Below are positions 25,321-37,009 of a stretch of DNA of 64,000 nucleotides, piece after piece (within the stretch, counting starts at the first letter, position 1; the number at the start of each line of letters is the position of its first letter). Below the pieces are notes generated by a model, which did not search any database, had not been told where the DNA came from, and saw only the letters and a list, made by a program, of their open reading frames with translations. Source of the stretch: Eledone cirrhosa (lineage: Eukaryota); the NCBI GenBank assembly GCA_964016885.1, contig OZ024740.1:195982001-196046000 (forward strand), given 5' to 3'. Made by a program: the position numbers and the translations under genes.

Positions 25321-25839
25321 CTTCAATGTCCTTCCATTGGGAAGTTTCAATTCATTTTAATTATTTATTTTTTGTATACTTTTACATTTCACAATTGATT
25401 CAGCATAAACTTCTATTACTCTTGTAATGTCTATTACTGTTGGAGCAGAGCATCAGACAACATGATGTGCGGCATAGAGTTACGGCCCTTTACGTTCTGG
25501 GTTCAAATCCTGTTGAGGTTAGCTTTGCTTTACAATAAAATAAAGCACCAGTAATGCACTTGGGTTGATTTAATTGACTTTCCCCTACCCTTCAAATTGT
25601 TGGCCTTGCGTCTAAATCAGAAACAATTATTACGGTATGTGTTGTTAATAGTTTCCTTCAAGTTTTTCACTGCACCTCTGTTTGTACTATTTTCTGCAGT
25701 AGTGTCTTTTGATAAATTATAGTGTCTTTTGATAAATTATAAATATAAAAATCTTACTAAATGTTTTTTTCTAAATATTTATTCTTTTGGTTATGATCTC
25801 TTTTTATCTTTTCATTTTGTTTTTCTCTTCTTTCACCAG

Positions 25840-25947
25840 ATGGACCAAGACAAATGGGATTCTGGAGCCTGTGATCTGAATAACAGCAGCCACAATGACA
25901 GCATATTTCTAAAGAATGCTTCTATCAACACACCTCTTGCTGCAGAG
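25840..25947 (+). CDS. APC: APC coding exon (first visible): MDQDKWDSG...PLAAE
   Basis: Polypyrimidine-CAG acceptor and GTCAGT donor; 108 nt, phase 0, in frame with the next exon. The sequence itself is not recognisably conserved. Confidence 0.7.
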
Positions 25948-27037
25948 GTCAGTATTAGACAGTGATTCTTAACCTTTTCTATCATGGCACCCCCTTGAAA
26001 TTTTGAAATTCTACCCAACACACCTAGGCCTAGCAGATAAGACTAAAGAAGTTGAATTTTCAGGTCAAATTATCAGCTTCTTAGCTGCTACTATTTAATT
26101 AATTAACTAGTATAATTAATAAACACAAATTTTTGAAAATAACAGAAAATATCCAATAAAAAATATTTAAATCTTTAATGTGACTTCTGTTCTTGCTTCT
26201 TCTCTGTACCCCCAAGAACTGAACCTCGCACCCCTTTGGGAGTGCTGGCACCCCAAGTTAAGAACTACTACTGCTCTAAGAAGAAGAGAAGGATTTCTCT
26301 CACATTGGCAAAATAATCCTAAAATTAGAAGTCAAAGGGGTGTATAATCATTTGCATCAACCATAGTTTATGCCCAGTACTTTATTATCCAGAAAGTTAT
26401 TACAGAGGACTATGTTCTTTGGAGCTGGCTGGTCTCATTCCCCCTTCACTCAAGCATCTCTAACTTACTGATCTCTCCTCTTTACTTATATTGTTCTCCT
26501 CACCTTTTTCAAACTTTGCCCTAATCACTACCCACTCTTTCCTCTTCATAACATCAACCCTCTGTTCAAGAGAAACATGCTAGCATGAAAGGTCCCATAA
26601 CCCCAGAGGGGGTCAAAGGGGCACCATATTGACATACAGCATTTCTAGAGCATGTTTTTAAAAACTGGCAGAGCCCAATCCTCTCCAGGTCTGAATACCA
26701 CAGATCTGATCTGATTTGTCTCACAACAGGACAACCGATCTAACTTGTCTAACCCATGCTAACATGGACAAATGGAGATTAAACTGTGATGATGATGATG
26801 ATGATATTGATCACTCTTAATCTTACCAGATGAGTACAATAAAGAGGACTACAACCAGTCCATGTGTTTTTAATTGGCAAAATGACCTTCCCAATATATA
26901 ACAATAACATGTATATTGTTTTTCATCATAGTATTTTTATATAAATGTTTATTTCTCTTATCATAGAGAAAGTCCTATTTATTACAAAATCCAGAGATCA
27001 TTGTGTTCCTCATAAGTGAGGTTTCTATACAACTTAA

Positions 27038-27258
27038 CCCTTTAGAATTTAAACCAGCTGTTTCCAGCCAGAATTCTCTCGCCTCTTTCTGTTCAAATCA
27101 GCCATAACTGGCTACTCATGCTGACGTTAAGGTATTGTTCTCAAAATAAATAATATCAAAACCTTGTAGGTTTGATATTATGTGAGATAATTATGTAAGA
27201 TAAAGCCTTTACCACAAAAATGCAGTAGCATATATAGAGTAATGTAAATGCTAAAGGG
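27038..27258. mobile_element. piggyBac-like MITE
   Basis: TTAA|CCCTTTAGAATTTA...TAAATGCTAAAGGG|TTAA. Confidence 0.88.
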
Positions 27259-27365
27259 TTAAATGTTTGCTTTTTCATTCATTTTCATATTTGTGATTTT
27301 TATGTTTTTAAAGGATATAAAACAAACACATTTCTTATATAACTGATTTTTCTTTCATTCACCAG

Positions 27366-27594
27366 GTCTTTGTTCTTAAATCTGGAACTGGAGACAACGG
27401 GTACGCATGTGACACAAGCATTACAAGTAATTCTCAGGGAGAAAGGCTAGTAACCATGGCAACGCAAACACCGGAGGTAGAAATTCAGGAACCGCAGTGT
27501 TTACTTGAAGAAACCTGTCAGAATAACGGTTTAATGATGGCACCTACTCCTCCGCTTTCATCTATGTACCATGGGACATGGCCCATTACTAAAG
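27366..27594 (+). CDS. APC: APC coding exon: VFVLKSG...GTWPITK
   Basis: CAG acceptor and GTATAA donor; 229 nt open; phases 0 and 1 fit both neighbours. Confidence 0.78.
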
Positions 27595-28612
27595 GTATAA
27601 AAGATTTTCTTCTAGAAATTATTGTTTGTTGTAATAATATTGACAAAACTAAATATTGTTAGACATTGAATTCAGTGGGTTATCATTTGATTATTATTTA
27701 ACTCCACTGCCTTAACCTTTTTGATACCAAAATGCTTGAAATCACTCATACTGTTTATTTTAAAGTGTTTATATTTATCTAAAACCCTTCCATCATAATT
27801 CTATGGAAGAATCATTGTTATATTGTTCTAAACACCAGCTATACAATGAGAAAGTTAGTTATATGTCTGGGTTATATTTACTACCTCGAAAAATTCCCAA
27901 TATTAATATAATCAGTATTTAGTTTTGTATTATTATATTTTATGTTTTCAATATACAAAACTGTGGTAAAAAATTACTCTCACTAGATAGGTTTTATATT
28001 CAGCCCTAGCAGATTCAAAACTACATATAACTGTTTTATTCAACATATAATGTTCCCATGAGTACTATTCACTTGTATTATATTGTAATCTCCTCTATTT
28101 CCATCTGGATACATTCCAGCTATGTCTGTTTGTCTCAGTTTCTCACTCTTCTCTCCTCTGACTCCTGCCAATGTAGTCATGGCATAGTTAGAGGTTCAAA
28201 TATATGAATGATCTAGATTAAAATATGGTTTGAACTTTCATAAATAATTACTAGTCAACTAGAAACATTACTTCTGACTGCCTTATTTTGTGGACCTACA
28301 GTCTCAACCAACTCAACGATTTCAAATCCCTAATTAATAGCATATAGTTGAATACATCTTGAGGAAAATGTAGCTCTTGTTTCTAACAGATGGACAACTT
28401 CATAGAGTATTTCTTGTTGACTTTGTCTTTTCTGTAGGGCATTTGGTTTTGTTACAAAGAAGCTTTATTTTATTATATATTATCTCTTCTATTAAATTGT
28501 AAATTTATGAAACTCAAGAAATATTATCTATAGGTTTCAGTGATATTTCTGTATCAAGTTTGTGAGGTTTGGGTGAAATTTGTATTTACTTTATTTTCTT
28601 CTTGAATTTTAG

Positions 28613-28761
28613 ATTTCCCTATTAGTCAAAGCGATGGCAGCCTTGAAAGTCTAGTCAACAATGATACGTCTAGTATATTTAGTTTTGATTCCAGCAACAC
28701 AAATGCATCTGCTCCACCAGTGTCACGCTGTCAAACAACTCAACCTCAACTTGGCACCAAG
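28613..28761 (+). CDS. APC: APC coding exon: (D)FPISQS...QPQLGTK
   Basis: TAG acceptor and GTAATT donor; ends in LGTK, which directly precedes VEMVYSLLSM in vertebrate APC. Confidence 0.9.
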
Positions 28762-29288
28762 GTAATTCCTTCACCAAACAATCAATTATATACACACCTA
28801 TGACATTTATAGAAATCTTTTTGTACTTATTGTTCCAATTAGTTAATATTTACTCTAACTCCATTTGGTGAGGGGAAGGGAGAAGTGTCAAGAAATTACA
28901 TTCACAGTTTCTTATATACATGAACTCAAACATTCTTTTTAGATATAAGAAAAATATACAAGTGATTAGTCAATCTTTATTATGAAATATTCAAGGAAGG
29001 AAGAGGTAACCTATCAGCCAGCAAGCCAAGTATTTTGACGAAGGTTTTAAACAACCATTGGAGCTATTTCATTAAGTCACAAATTCAAATGTTTATAGAA
29101 AATTTTACAACTTTTAATATTATTTACATGAGTTCAAATCCTGCCGAGGCAAGCTTTGCCTTTTGTCCTTATGGGGTCAATAAAATAAAGCACCAGGAAT
29201 GTATAGGGGTTGATTTAATCAACTTTCCCCCCAAAATTGTTGGCCTTGTGCTTAAATCAGAAACTATTATTATTTACATGAAACAAGA

Positions 29289-30627
29289 TGGGAACTCCTA
29301 TACGCAGACGACCTGACACTCATAGCGGAATCAATGGCCGAGCTAGAGAAGAAATTCCAAACATGGAAGCACGGCCTAGAGTCAAAAGGACTTAAAATTA
29401 ACCTGGCTAAGACCAAAGTTCTAGTTTGTAGGAAAGAAAACAAGGCGGCGGTCCCTTCTGGGAAATGGTCGTGCTCGGTGTGTAGGAAAGGCGTAGGTAG
29501 AAACTCCATTTTGTGTCCTAAATGCAAAGTATGGGTGCATAAAAGATGTAGTGGGATCACAGGTAAGCTAACTAAGAACATAGATTTTACATGTGGCCGG
29601 TGTTCTGGTGCAATAAGTAGCAGCAAGTGCCCACACAATACTAGCTCTTTCAATTGCGCAGAGGGTTCTATAGAAATAGTGGACAGCTTCCGTTACCTGG
29701 GCGATAAAATCAGCAGTGGGGGAGGGTGCTCTGAAAGTACTGTAGCTAGAGTCAGAACTGGTTGGAAAAAGTTCAGAGAGCTTATACCACTATTAGCTGC
29801 TAAAGGGTTCTCCCTAAAAATGAAAGGCAGGTTGTACGATGCCTGCATACGAACAGCAATGTTGCATGGCAGTGAGACCTGGGCATTGTGTGCAGAGGAT
29901 ATACGCAGACTAGAGAGGAACGAAGCTTGCATGCTCCGCTGGATGTGTAACAGTAATATACGTGAACGGCAAAGCATAAACGAACTAAGGAAAAAATTAG
30001 AGATAAGAGGGATCAGATGTTGTTTACTCGAGAGAAGGCTACGTTGGTATGGACACGTGATGCGCATGAAAGTCGATAGCTGTATAACAAAGTGCAGGGC
30101 AATAAAGATAGACGGTAGCCACGGAATAGGCAGACCTAGAAAAACCTGGGACGAGCTGATAAACTCCGACCTCACACACTTACACCTCTCCAAGACAATG
30201 TCACTGGACCGAGACCTTTGGCGGTACTCAGTAACAGAGAAGACCCGCCTTGCCAGTAGGCATCTCTAACAAAATACACCCCGTCCCACCACCACCACCC
30301 CCACCCCATCCACACCACCCCGTCCTATGTAAAGTTATGTTGGTGCCGCGCCATCCGGGCCGAAACAAATGAGATCGTGTAGGTGTCACGACAAAAAAAC
30401 ACACAGTCCACGCTGTAATGTGGCCGTGTAGGCAACACGGTAAAAACCTCCCAGACCCACACTGTAAATGTGGTTGGTGTTAGGAAGGGCATCCAACTGT
30501 AGAAAACCTGCCAGACAGTCCTATGCGAGCAAGACAATCACTCTTGCCTCAAGTGGGACTACCCCCGTCCAAACCCATGCAAGCGTGGAACACGGACGTT
30601 AAACGTTGATGATGATGATGATGATGA
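29289..30627 (+). mobile_element. 5'-truncated RTE LINE family C (RT from YADD to the end, 3' UTR, (GAT)n)
   Basis: Uninterrupted frame 29289-30269 (WELLYADDL...RRLRWYGHV...GRPRKTW), suggesting a young insertion. Confidence 0.95.
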
Positions 30628-31562
30628 AGTACCACCAATCTCTGGGAGGGCTCTGTAGAGACAGTAGACAGCTTCTGCTACCTAGGTGACCGAATTAGCA
30701 GCGGAGGTGGGTGTTCAGAAAGTACAATAACTAGGGTGAGAACGGGATGGAAGAAGTTCAGGGAACTACTACCACTGCTAGCTGCAAAAGGCTTCTCCTT
30801 CAAAATGAAAGGCAGACTGTATGATGCGTGTATCCGAACAGCGATGTTGCATGGTAGTGAGACCTGGGCGCTGAAGGTGGAAGACTTACGTAGATTAGAG
30901 AGAAACAAAGCCTGCATACTCCGATGGATGTGTAATAGTAATATACGCGAACGACAAAGCATAAATGAATTGAGAGAGAGACTGAGCATAAGAGGAATCA
31001 AATGCTGTGTGCAGGAGAGGCGGTTGCGTTGGTATGGACATGTGATGCGTATGAAGGATGACAGCTGCATAAAAAGGTGCAGAGCACTAGAAGTCGATGG
31101 AAACCGCGGAGTGGGGAGACCCAGGATGACCTGGGATGAGGTGATAAAAGCCGACCTTACCCAATTACACCTCTCAAAGGCGATGACACACGACTGTGAC
31201 CTCTGGCGTCACGCAGTAATACAGAGTACCCGACCTTCCATGGGTACAAGCTGAAGCATATAGACAATATGCCCCCACACCCTCCCACTGCAAGGTGGTC
31301 GTGGAGGTGCCACGGCAAAAAAGCACCCAGCCCACACTGTAAAGTGGACGTGTAGGCGCCACGAAAAAGCACCCAGCACTCACTGTAAATGAGGTTGGTG
31401 TTAGGAAGGGCATCCAGCTGTAGAAATCAAGCCAAATCAGTTCCTGTATGAGCAAGGCATGGTCAGCAGACCAGACACTGCCCACAACAGGACAACCCGT
31501 CTAACCCATGCTAGCGTGGAAGAACGGACGTAAAACGGTGATGATGATGATGATGATGATGA
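30628..31562 (+). mobile_element. 5'-truncated RTE LINE family B, directly after the family C tail
   Basis: ORF 30736-31254 is an RTE C-terminus; the 3' UTR and (GAT)n tail match 22324-22858. Confidence 0.93.
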
Positions 31563-32062
31563 GTTCAAATCATGCCAAAGCTAGCATTGTCTTTCGTCCT
31601 TAAGGGGTCGATGAAATAAAGTACCAGTAACGCACTGGAGTCGATTTAATCGGCTTTCCCCTTTCTCGTCAAATTGCTGGTCTTGTGCCAAATGTGGAAG
31701 CAATTATATATATATATATAAATGAAGTAATTCCGTCGGAAAAGTCCAGGAAAAAAGAGTGCTCTATGTAGGTAACAGAGCTTAATAGTTATGTAATAAC
31801 TATATATATATATATATATTACATAACTATATATATATATATATATTGGTTTACAAAGCTAGTGAAAGAAAATCAGTACAACTCCAGCTGTCTCTTACTC
31901 AATGATATAATAAGGTTTGTACGTTAAAAAACAAACACATTACTCAGAGTGCACACATATCTTAGTCAGTAAGATAAACGACTATATGTGGGTAATGCTA
32001 TTTGTATATCATATGTATATAGGATCGGAGGAATTTGTAGTTTACTTGAAGCATTGTATATG

Positions 32063-32830
32063 GTATAAAGAATTTGAAGTTTGAAAGCCACGATAACGTG
32101 GCTTGGACGAATAAATAATAATAAAGTAGTAAGAAACAGAGAGTGTTTTTTTTTTACCTTAATTTATTCATATGTCCTGATATTTCGAGATTGATATCTC
32201 TTCTTCCGGTGAAAATATAGGAACTATTCCAGTGTCCGATACAGCTTGCTACCCCATGCTGTCTGGAAGTAATTTTTATTATTTTTTATTTTTTATTTTT
32301 TATTTTTTATTAACCTTTCTTGTTTTAAAATTAAGGTCTGGATAGGTCAAGGGGGGCACAGAGTTATTTCCCTGTGCCCCCGCTGACCTGTCCAGACCTT
32401 AATTTTAAAACAAGACATTAAGAAAAAAAAAAAATAACAATGAAACTACTTCTGGACAGCATGGTGTAGCAAGCCACATCGGACACTGGAATAGTTGCTA
32501 TATTTTCCTTGGAAGAAGTGATATTAATCTCATTATTATTATTATTTATTTGTCCAATATGGGAGGTGGATTGACAAAATGGGTAGAGCGTCGGACACTA
32601 TTCTTCATGGCATAGTTATGTCCCTTTACGTTCTGTGTTCAAATCCTGCGAGGTTAGCTTTGCCTTTCATCCTTATGGGGCCAATAAAATAAAGCACCAG
32701 TAAAGCCCTGGGGTTGATTTAATCAACTTTCCCCTCTCCCCAAATTGCTGGCCTTGTGCCTATAGTAGAAACCATTATTTATTCGTCCAATCTGCATTGT
32801 CGTGGCTTTCAAACTTCAAATTCTTTATAC
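32063..32830. mobile_element. Palindromic (foldback/MITE-like) element interrupted by a SINE
   Basis: gtataaagaatttgaagtttgaaagccacga ... tcgtggctttcaaacttcaaattctttatac; the arms pair inward to a centre at ~32365. Confidence 0.85.
32559..32773 (+). mobile_element. Full-length SINE family 1 with 18-bp TSD
   Basis: TSD attatttatt(t/c)gtccaat at 32541-32558 and 32774-32791; A-box-like 'tgacaaaatggg' and B-box 'gttcaaatcc'. Confidence 0.88.
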
Positions 32831-33347
32831 ATGTGATCGTTTTTATGGTGTTGTTTTTTTTTCAATGCTGACATAGGTTGAAGAATGATACTATTTAATG
32901 CAATGTCAAACCTCGGTATCGAGGCCTGCAATGTAAAGGACAGGAAGATAAGCAAATACTAGGGCATGTCTGGCTGCTTCCTCTTTACACTGGTCACTGT
33001 CGAAACTCAGGTGTCCTCGGACCCTGTACAGCTGACCTCCCCCATAAAATCGAAATGATGGCAGGTCATCTCAGGAAGGAGCCTGTGTGATGGGGTGGTT
33101 GTTGTAGTGGATGTTGTTAGCTATTCCTTAGCTATTTTGTCTGTGGGGCACAGCCGAAACACCACTCTAACTTAGATGTAGAGACTGTCACCCTCTCCCC
33201 TTTCCTCTTTCTTTTCTCCCTTTTCCTTTCATTTACGCACTGAACGCCCAATGTTTTCTTCCAAATGTAATCTAATTTGGTGTATTATTAAGTGCATATT
33301 GTTGATATTGTTATTAATATTTTCAAACCTTTTTTGGTCAATTTCAG

Positions 33348-33465
33348 GTTGAAATGGTTTACTCATTGTTATCAATGCTCGGTACCCACGATAAAGATGA
33401 CATGAGTCGCACACTACTTGCTATGTCCAGTTCTCAGGATAGTTGCATTGCTATGCGGCAATCAG
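33348..33465 (+). CDS. APC: APC coding exon: VEMVYSLLSMLGTHDKDDMSRTLLAMSSSQDSCIAMRQS(G)
   Basis: Near-identical to the vertebrate APC pre-armadillo region; CAG and GTAACT splice sites. Confidence 0.97.
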
Positions 33466-33731
33466 GTAACTATATATATCTTCCAAACAACATAACACAC
33501 ACAGAGAACATCATCATCATCATTTTAATTACCTCTTTTCCATGCTGGTATTGATTGCACAAGACGTTTTGAAATCATTAAAATAAAGTACCAGTAAAGT
33601 ACTTGGGTCAATTTAAGTGATTAACTCCTCACCCCAAAATTCCTGACTTTGTGCCTATGTTGAAAACAATTATTATTCCTACCAACTTCAATATTTCCAG
33701 ATTTCAATCTTCTGTTTTAATTTTATTTCAG

Positions 33732-33989
33732 GTTGTCTCCCCTTACTGATACAGCTGCTGCACGGTAGTGACAAGGACTCCAGCTTATTGGGCAATACAC
33801 GTGGGAGTAAGGCTGCACGGGCACGGGCCTCTGCTGCCTTGCATAATATTGTTCACTCCCACCCAGATGACAAACGAGGTCGGCGAGAAGCTCGAGTGTT
33901 GCGACTCCTTGAACAAATCCGAGCACATTGTGATCAGCTCAGAGATTCTTCATCTGATGATGATGAGGAAGATAAAAAGATAAAATCAG
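33732..33989 (+). CDS. APC: APC coding exon: CLPLLIQLLHG...ARARASAALHNIVHSHPDDKRGRREARVLRLLEQIRAHC...
   Basis: Highly conserved APC sequence; CAG and GTTCGT splice sites; 258 nt, phase 1/1. Confidence 0.96.
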
Positions 33990-35247
33990 GTTCGTTGTTT
34001 ATTATTATTAGTAGTGGTAGTAGTAGTAGTAGTAGTTTGCTGATATTGGAATTATCTTCCTTGGTTGGTATGTTTAGATTTTAAATGCTCCTAGATGAAA
34101 TTTTTGTCAATTGATTGCATTGATAATCTCAATCTTTCAATTCTCTATATGACATATGGGAGCCCTTTTTTGTCCTGTATATTCTTTGACTGTTATAGGT
34201 TAAACTAAAACATAGATGCTGCCTCATTGACTGAAAATATATACCAGTTGTGTACTTCAATCATACGTCGATCAATTTAGTCAACTATGTTTTTTCCCAT
34301 TGCAAATTTATGTCAAAGAAATCATTATTATCTTATTCTCTTTGCCCCCAGTGTAACCAAACAAAGATAATTACTACAGCCATCATTTGCAATTAACAAT
34401 GACCTGGTAGCTATTTACTCTGCTTTTACATGCCTATGTAGTCACAAGTAGGTACAGGCACCCTCTGAATCCTCACACTCTTAATGCAGTGGAATATCTA
34501 AGGATGTAGTGACAGCTAGAAGAGGAAGAAACTGCACCAGCATTAGATTGGTACTTTAATGAGACTGAAAGGTTAAGCAAAGTGAACTTCAGTGAGTTTT
34601 GAAAACAGAATAACTATCACAGCACATTTTATCTGATGTTCTAACAACTCAAAAATTAGGCACCTTAAATATTGGTTTGATTTAGGCTCAAGGCCAACAA
34701 TTTTGGGGGAAGGGGAAAGTCGATTAAATCGGCTCCAGTGTATTATTGGTACTATATTTTATTGTCCCAGTAAGGATGTAAGGCAAAGCTAACCTCAATA
34801 GTATTTGAACTCAGATTGTAAAGGGACGTAACCCTATGCCATATAGCATGTTATCCGACGCTCTACTGGTACTGCCAATCCACCGCCCTAACCACCTTGA
34901 ATATTAATAACTGACATAATTATAAATATTAAATATTTATTGCCTGAGTCAAAAGATCATTTTTTGTATAGTTATTTTTCAACTCTTTTATTGGTGTTGG
35001 TCACTGACTTGAGGGGTTTAGCTGATTGTGTTATCCCCAGTTTTTATTTCTAAATCTGGTACTTATTTCATCAGTCTCTTTTTGTTGAACTACTAAGCTA
35101 CGGCATATAAACAACCAATAAAGACACAGACGTCTACCTACATTCTGTGTACCAAATTTCATTTACAAGGCATTGGTTAACCCAAGACTATAGTAATACC
35201 ACACAGCCATGTGTGTGCATAATAATTGATAATAAAAATATATATAC

Positions 35248-35686
35248 GATGCTGCATGGTAGTGAGACATGGGCAACAACTGCAGAGGATATGTGATGGC
35301 TGGAGAGATATGAGGCAAACATGCTCCGTTGGATGTGCAATGTCAATGTGCGTGAACAACCGAGCATGGATGTGTTGAGAGAGAAACTGTGTCTGAGAGA
35401 GATAGAATGTAGTGTGCGAGAGAGGAGACTGCGATGGTATGGACATGTGATGCGCATGGAGAATGACCGATGGGTGAAGAAGTGCCAGGAAATGCCAGTT
35501 GAGGGAAGACGTGGTAGAGGTAGATCATGAAAAACACGGGTGGAGGTGGTGAGAGCAGACTTCAGATCGCTGAAGCTCACGGTGGAGATGACAAAGGATC
35601 GTGAGAAGTGGAGAGATGCTGTGCTGAATAGGACCCATCCCATCCTTGCAAGCAGGGAAAAGCGGGCGTAAAATGAGGACGATGAT
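35248..35686 (+). mobile_element. 5'-truncated RTE family A, 3' fragment
   Basis: Reverse complement of ~19285-19700; contains stops and a degenerate ATG-repeat tail. Confidence 0.88.
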
Positions 35687-35715
35687 ACAAGTATATTACT
35701 GACTATTTCATCTTA

Positions 35716-35990
35716 TAATAATAATAATAATGAAATTATTGTGTACAGTGCTCAGGTGCACACAACTCATCAAAGGTGCATGTATAGTACATAGAATAAT
35801 GTACAAATATCAGGAAAGTGAACAGTGTATGAGTCATGATATACACACAGATATATGTGTGCATGTGTATGGAGGGGGAATATCAGGTGTAGTGTTGGCG
35901 AATTTCAGGAAGTATGGAGGTTTTGAAGGATGCATTGTCCCGACAGCTAACAACTGATGCAGGTAATTTGTTCCATGCTTCAGCAACTCT
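35716..35990 (-). mobile_element. CR1/L2-clade LINE 3' end
   Basis: Minus strand RVAEAWNKLPASVVSCRDNASFKTSI (RVxxxWNxLP...FK motif), followed by a UTR and (TTA)n tail. Confidence 0.75.
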
Positions 35991-36102
35991 GTTTCTACCA
36001 GCTCAGCATCATCATCATCATATTTGATATTAAACCTTTATTTCATTTCATTTATTTAAGTATTGGTAAAACAACTTTAACGTGTTTGGTGTTGTTTTTC
36101 AG

Positions 36103-36204
36103 GTTCTCGACCTTCTGATATAGACCACCATCCTGGTCCAGCCATAGCAGCACTGATGAAGCTTTCCTTTGATGAAGAACACCGCCACGCAATTTGTACT
36201 TTAG
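36103..36204 (+). CDS. APC: APC coding exon: SRPSDIDHHPGPAIAALMKLSFDEEHRHAICTL(G)
   Basis: LMKLSFDEEHRHA is an APC signature; CAG and GTAATT splice sites; phase 1/1. Confidence 0.97.
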
Positions 36205-37009
36205 GTAATTAAAATATTGAATATTGTTCATTTTTCGCTATCATCATTCCAATATGTAGAGATTACTTCTCTGTAGAGAAGTAATCTCTAGTAATGTTTA
36301 ATAGCTACTGAAAATAATGTTTTCTGATTTAGGCACAAGGCCAACAGTTTTGGAGGGAGGGGAAAGTCGATTAAATCGCCCTCAATACATTACAGGTGCT
36401 TAATTTATCGACCCCATAAGGAAGAAAGGTAAAGCTAACTTTGGTGGGATTTGAACTCAGAATATAAAGGGCTGTAACTCAGTGCTACAAAGCATGTTGT
36501 CCGATGCTCTTCTGATAATAATAAGCATGCCCAGGATTCTCAGAAAAGTACTAGCTAGTTGAAGAGTTCTAATAACATGGAACCATAGGCTGCAGGTAGC
36601 AATCCTGCTATCCATGTAAGAATCCAGGAGTTCCCACAAAACCCTGAGATAAAAGAAATAATAATAATTACAATGATGTTGATAATAATACTAGTCCAGC
36701 ATGCAGTCCATGTATGCATGGTCCTGTAACTCCTGAAAGAGTCGACGAGATATAGAGGAAGAATCAACCCCAGTACTAGACTGGTACTTTTTTTTATCAA
36801 CCTTGAATGGATGAAAGACAAAGTTGACATCAGCGGATTTGAACTCAGAGAGCAAAGAGCCAAAATTACTACTGCAAAGTATTCTATCTGATTTTAATGA
36901 CTACTAATTCACTGCCTTTTATATAAAATTAAATAATTTTTGAAAAATTTCCATTGGTTTTGAAGATTGACATTTTTAATATCCAATATTAATTTTCTTA
37001 TTATTTCAG

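Noticed and set aside
36967-37009. ORF-track start of the 2704-aa ORF
   Set aside because: This is intronic sequence before the CAG acceptor; APC homology begins at 37010.
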